Assembly (NCBI GenBank): GCA_965261595.1
Contig: CBDHDG010000006.1
Location: forward strand, 96,001-160,000
Direction: 5' to 3'
DNA length: 64,000 nucleotides
Source: a bacterium
GTDB lineage: Bacteria > UBA8248 > JACPRG01 > G963555815
Shown: positions 61,903 to 64,000 of the stretch, in pieces
Layout of the letters: every line of letters starts with the position of its first letter
Numbering within the stretch: the stretch's first letter is position 1
Program-made: the position numbers and the translations under genes
The notes under the pieces: model-generated
What the model was told of the DNA's origin: nothing
Seen by the model: only the letters and a program-made list of their open reading frames with translations
Database searches by the model: none

Positions 61903-63216
61903 GTGGAGTGGTGGACTTACATGTTGTTATTCTTCGGCGGCCTCACCGTCCTGCTGCTCACCGGGCTGCCGGTCGCCTTCGCTTTCATGCTGATCAACGT
62001 CATCGGGGTCTATGTATTCTGGGGCGGGTCGATTGGGTTGCAGCAGCTCATCCTCAGCATCGACAGCTCCATCTCGACCTTCGTGCTGGTGCCCGTCCCC
62101 ATGTTCATCCTCATGGGATCGGTGATGTTCCATTCCGGCATCGCCTACAGGATGATCGATGTCCTGGACGAATGGCTGGGGCGCATTGCCGGCCGGCTCG
62201 CGCTGCTCTCCGTGGCCGCCGGGGCTTTGTTCGCCACGCTGACCGGCGTCGCCATGGGCAGCGTGGCCATGTTGGGCTCGACCCTCGCCCCGGACATGCA
62301 AAAGCGCGGCTACAGCAAATCCATGTCCCTCGGACCCATCCTGGCCAGCGGCAGCCTCGCCATCATGATCCCGCCCACCGCCTTGGGCGTCATCCTGGCG
62401 AGCCTGGCCAGAATCCCCGTGGGCAAGCTCCTGGTGGGCATCATCCTGCCCGGCTTGCTCCTGGTCGTCGTTTACGCCGCATACATCATTGTCCGGTGCA
62501 CCCTCCAACCCTCCCTGGCGCCGGCCTACGATGTCTCCCCGACACCCCTCGGGCGCCGCGTCCGGAACACCCTTCGTTATGTCGCGCCGCTGATTTCCGT
62601 CATCTTCATCGTCATCGGAACCATCTTTTTCGGAATCGCCACACCCACGGAGGCGGCCGGCGTAGGCGCACTGCTCTGCTTTTTGCTGGCGGCCGCCTAC
62701 GGGAAGCTCACCTGGGCGGTGACCAAGAAGGCGGTCGGCTCGGCGGTCTCCATTTCCGTCATGGTGCTGATCATCCTCACCGGCTCGGCCGCCTTCAGCC
62801 AGATTCTGGCCTTCGCCGGCGTCACCGGCAGCCTGACCAAGCTTGGGGTCGGCCTGCCGGTGCATCCCATTGTCATCCTCATCCTGATGCAAATCGTCCT
62901 GGTGTTCCTGGGCATGTTCATCGAACAGACTTCCATTATCCTGGTCACCATCCCCATCTACATGCCCATCGTCAGCGCCCTGGGATGGGACCCGGTCTGG
63001 TTCGGGGCGATCATGCTCCTCAACCTGGAGCTGGCGACCATCTCGCCGCCCTTCGGGATGTCACTGTTCGTGATGAAAGGCATCGCCTCGCCCGACACCA
63101 CCATGGGAGACATCTACCGGGCGGCCCTTCCCTTCGTGGGGCTGAACCTCCTGGTCATGGCCATCATGATCTTTTACCCCGCGCTGGTGTTGTGGCTCCC
63201 GAGTTTCATGAAATAA
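61903..63216 (+). CDS. dctM: TRAP transporter large permease
   Basis: VPMFILMG, GSLAIMIPP, ATPTEAA, ISPPFGMSLFV. Confidence 0.93.
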   Translation: MEWWTYMLLFFGGLTVLLLTGLPVAFAFMLINVIGVYVFWGGSIGLQQLILSIDSSISTFVLVPVPMFILMGSVMFHSGIAYRMIDVLDEWLGRIAGRLALLSVAAGALFATLTGVAMGSVAMLGSTLAPDMQKRGYSKSMSLGPILASGSLAIMIPPTALGVILASLARIPVGKLLVGIILPGLLLVVVYAAYIIVRCTLQPSLAPAYDVSPTPLGRRVRNTLRYVAPLISVIFIVIGTIFFGIATPTEAAGVGALLCFLLAAAYGKLTWAVTKKAVGSAVSISVMVLIILTGSAAFSQILAFAGVTGSLTKLGVGLPVHPIVILILMQIVLVFLGMFIEQTSIILVTIPIYMPIVSALGWDPVWFGAIMLLNLELATISPPFGMSLFVMKGIASPDTTMGDIYRAALPFVGLNLLVMAIMIFYPALVLWLPSFMK

Positions 63217-63339
63217 CCCGCGGGGGGCGGGCTCCGGGGATCCATCCGTGGTCTGGATTTGAAGACATCGAACGGGCGGGCTCGGGCGGGAACCCGGGAT
63301 TGGAAGGAAGTCGCGGCCACGCCGCGCATCCGGCCCGGC

Positions 63340-63981
63340 CTACTTTGAAGGGGAGGGGGGCTCCCCCATCCGCCCCCGGCCGAACGTCGAGGAGACGTAC
63401 CGGGGCGCGCCAATCGCTTCCATGAAACGCTGCTTGGTCACAACCGGATCGAGCGGACGCGGGGGCTCGACAACCTGGACGTCCGGCTTCACCGCAAGCG
63501 CCAAAAAAGAAGGCCCGTCCCCCTCGATGGCGGACAGGAAAGCGCTCCGGAACCCCTCGGGGTCTCCGACATTCTCCGTCCGCGCCCATCCCGCCGACCG
63601 GGCCAAATCGGCCAGGTTGAGGTTCTGATTGGTGAGGGGTTGTCCGCCCGAGGCGGCGTGAACCCGGTTGTTCATCAGGAGAACGGTCAGGTTCCCCGGC
63701 GCCACCGCCCCGGCGGTGATCAGCGCGCCCATGTGCATCAGAAGCCCGCCGTCCCCCTCGACCCCCACCACCTTCCGCCCGGGCTGGGACACGGCCAGCC
63801 CCAGGGCGAGGGGCAGGGCGAGGCCCATGGCGTCTTCGATGTAAAAGTTCTCGGGCCGGTCACGGACGCGGGCCCAAAGATAGGAGGCGTTGCCCAAACA
63901 GGTCACGGTCAGGGCGTCGTCGGGAAGGCAATCGGCGAGGACGCGGTAATAATCTTCGCGGGTCGGGGCGGGCGGGCTCAC
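63340..63981 (-). CDS. TPP-dependent enzyme beta subunit (sulfopyruvate/phosphonopyruvate decarboxylase-like)
   Basis: AMGLALPLALG, GDGGLLM...NN TPP motif, SGGQP. An upstream ORF (probable alpha subunit) ends in an overlapping TGA at the window edge. Confidence 0.85.
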   Translation of the reverse strand: MSPPAPTREDYYRVLADCLPDDALTVTCLGNASYLWARVRDRPENFYIEDAMGLALPLALGLAVSQPGRKVVGVEGDGGLLMHMGALITAGAVAPGNLTVLLMNNRVHAASGGQPLTNQNLNLADLARSAGWARTENVGDPEGFRSAFLSAIEGDGPSFLALAVKPDVQVVEPPRPLDPVVTKQRFMEAIGAPRYVSSTFGRGRMGEPPSPSK

Positions 63982-64000
63982 CAGTTGGTGTCCTCCCGGG

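Overview
GC-rich (roughly two-thirds GC by eye) bacterial chromosomal segment, probably from a metagenome assembly, made mostly of accessory catabolic, redox and signalling genes. It carries two orphan xanthine-dehydrogenase-family Mo subunits, two UbiD-family (de)carboxylases, two ACMSD-like amidohydrolases, many SDRs, ABC and TRAP transporters, a ttrBCA/srdBCA-like Mo-bisPGD reductase operon, class II ribonucleotide reductase (nrdJ) with NrdR boxes, dinB, an orphan mreB behind a GAF-GAF-degenerate GGDEF gene, a cyclase-STAND-TPR protein, and a REC-TrxB / cNMP-histidine kinase operon hit by an IS3-family element. Features the ORF track misses: (1) two selenoprotein genes split at in-frame UGA codons, each followed by a SECIS-like hairpin (AhpD/CMD-like CxxU; exported TlpA-like UxxC next to ccdA); (2) a ~320-nt minus-strand GGA-rich hairpin array with its own terminator, resembling a CsrB/Rsm-type sRNA; (3) a 34-aa membrane peptide; (4) nested REP/MITE-like intergenic repeats; (5) a perfect CRP-type box upstream of the reductase operon. 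Many genes carry frameshifts, in-frame stops or internal deletions; some look like real decay and some may be homopolymer sequencing errors. No rRNA, tRNA or CRISPR array was seen. All family assignments are from motif recognition by eye, not database searches.
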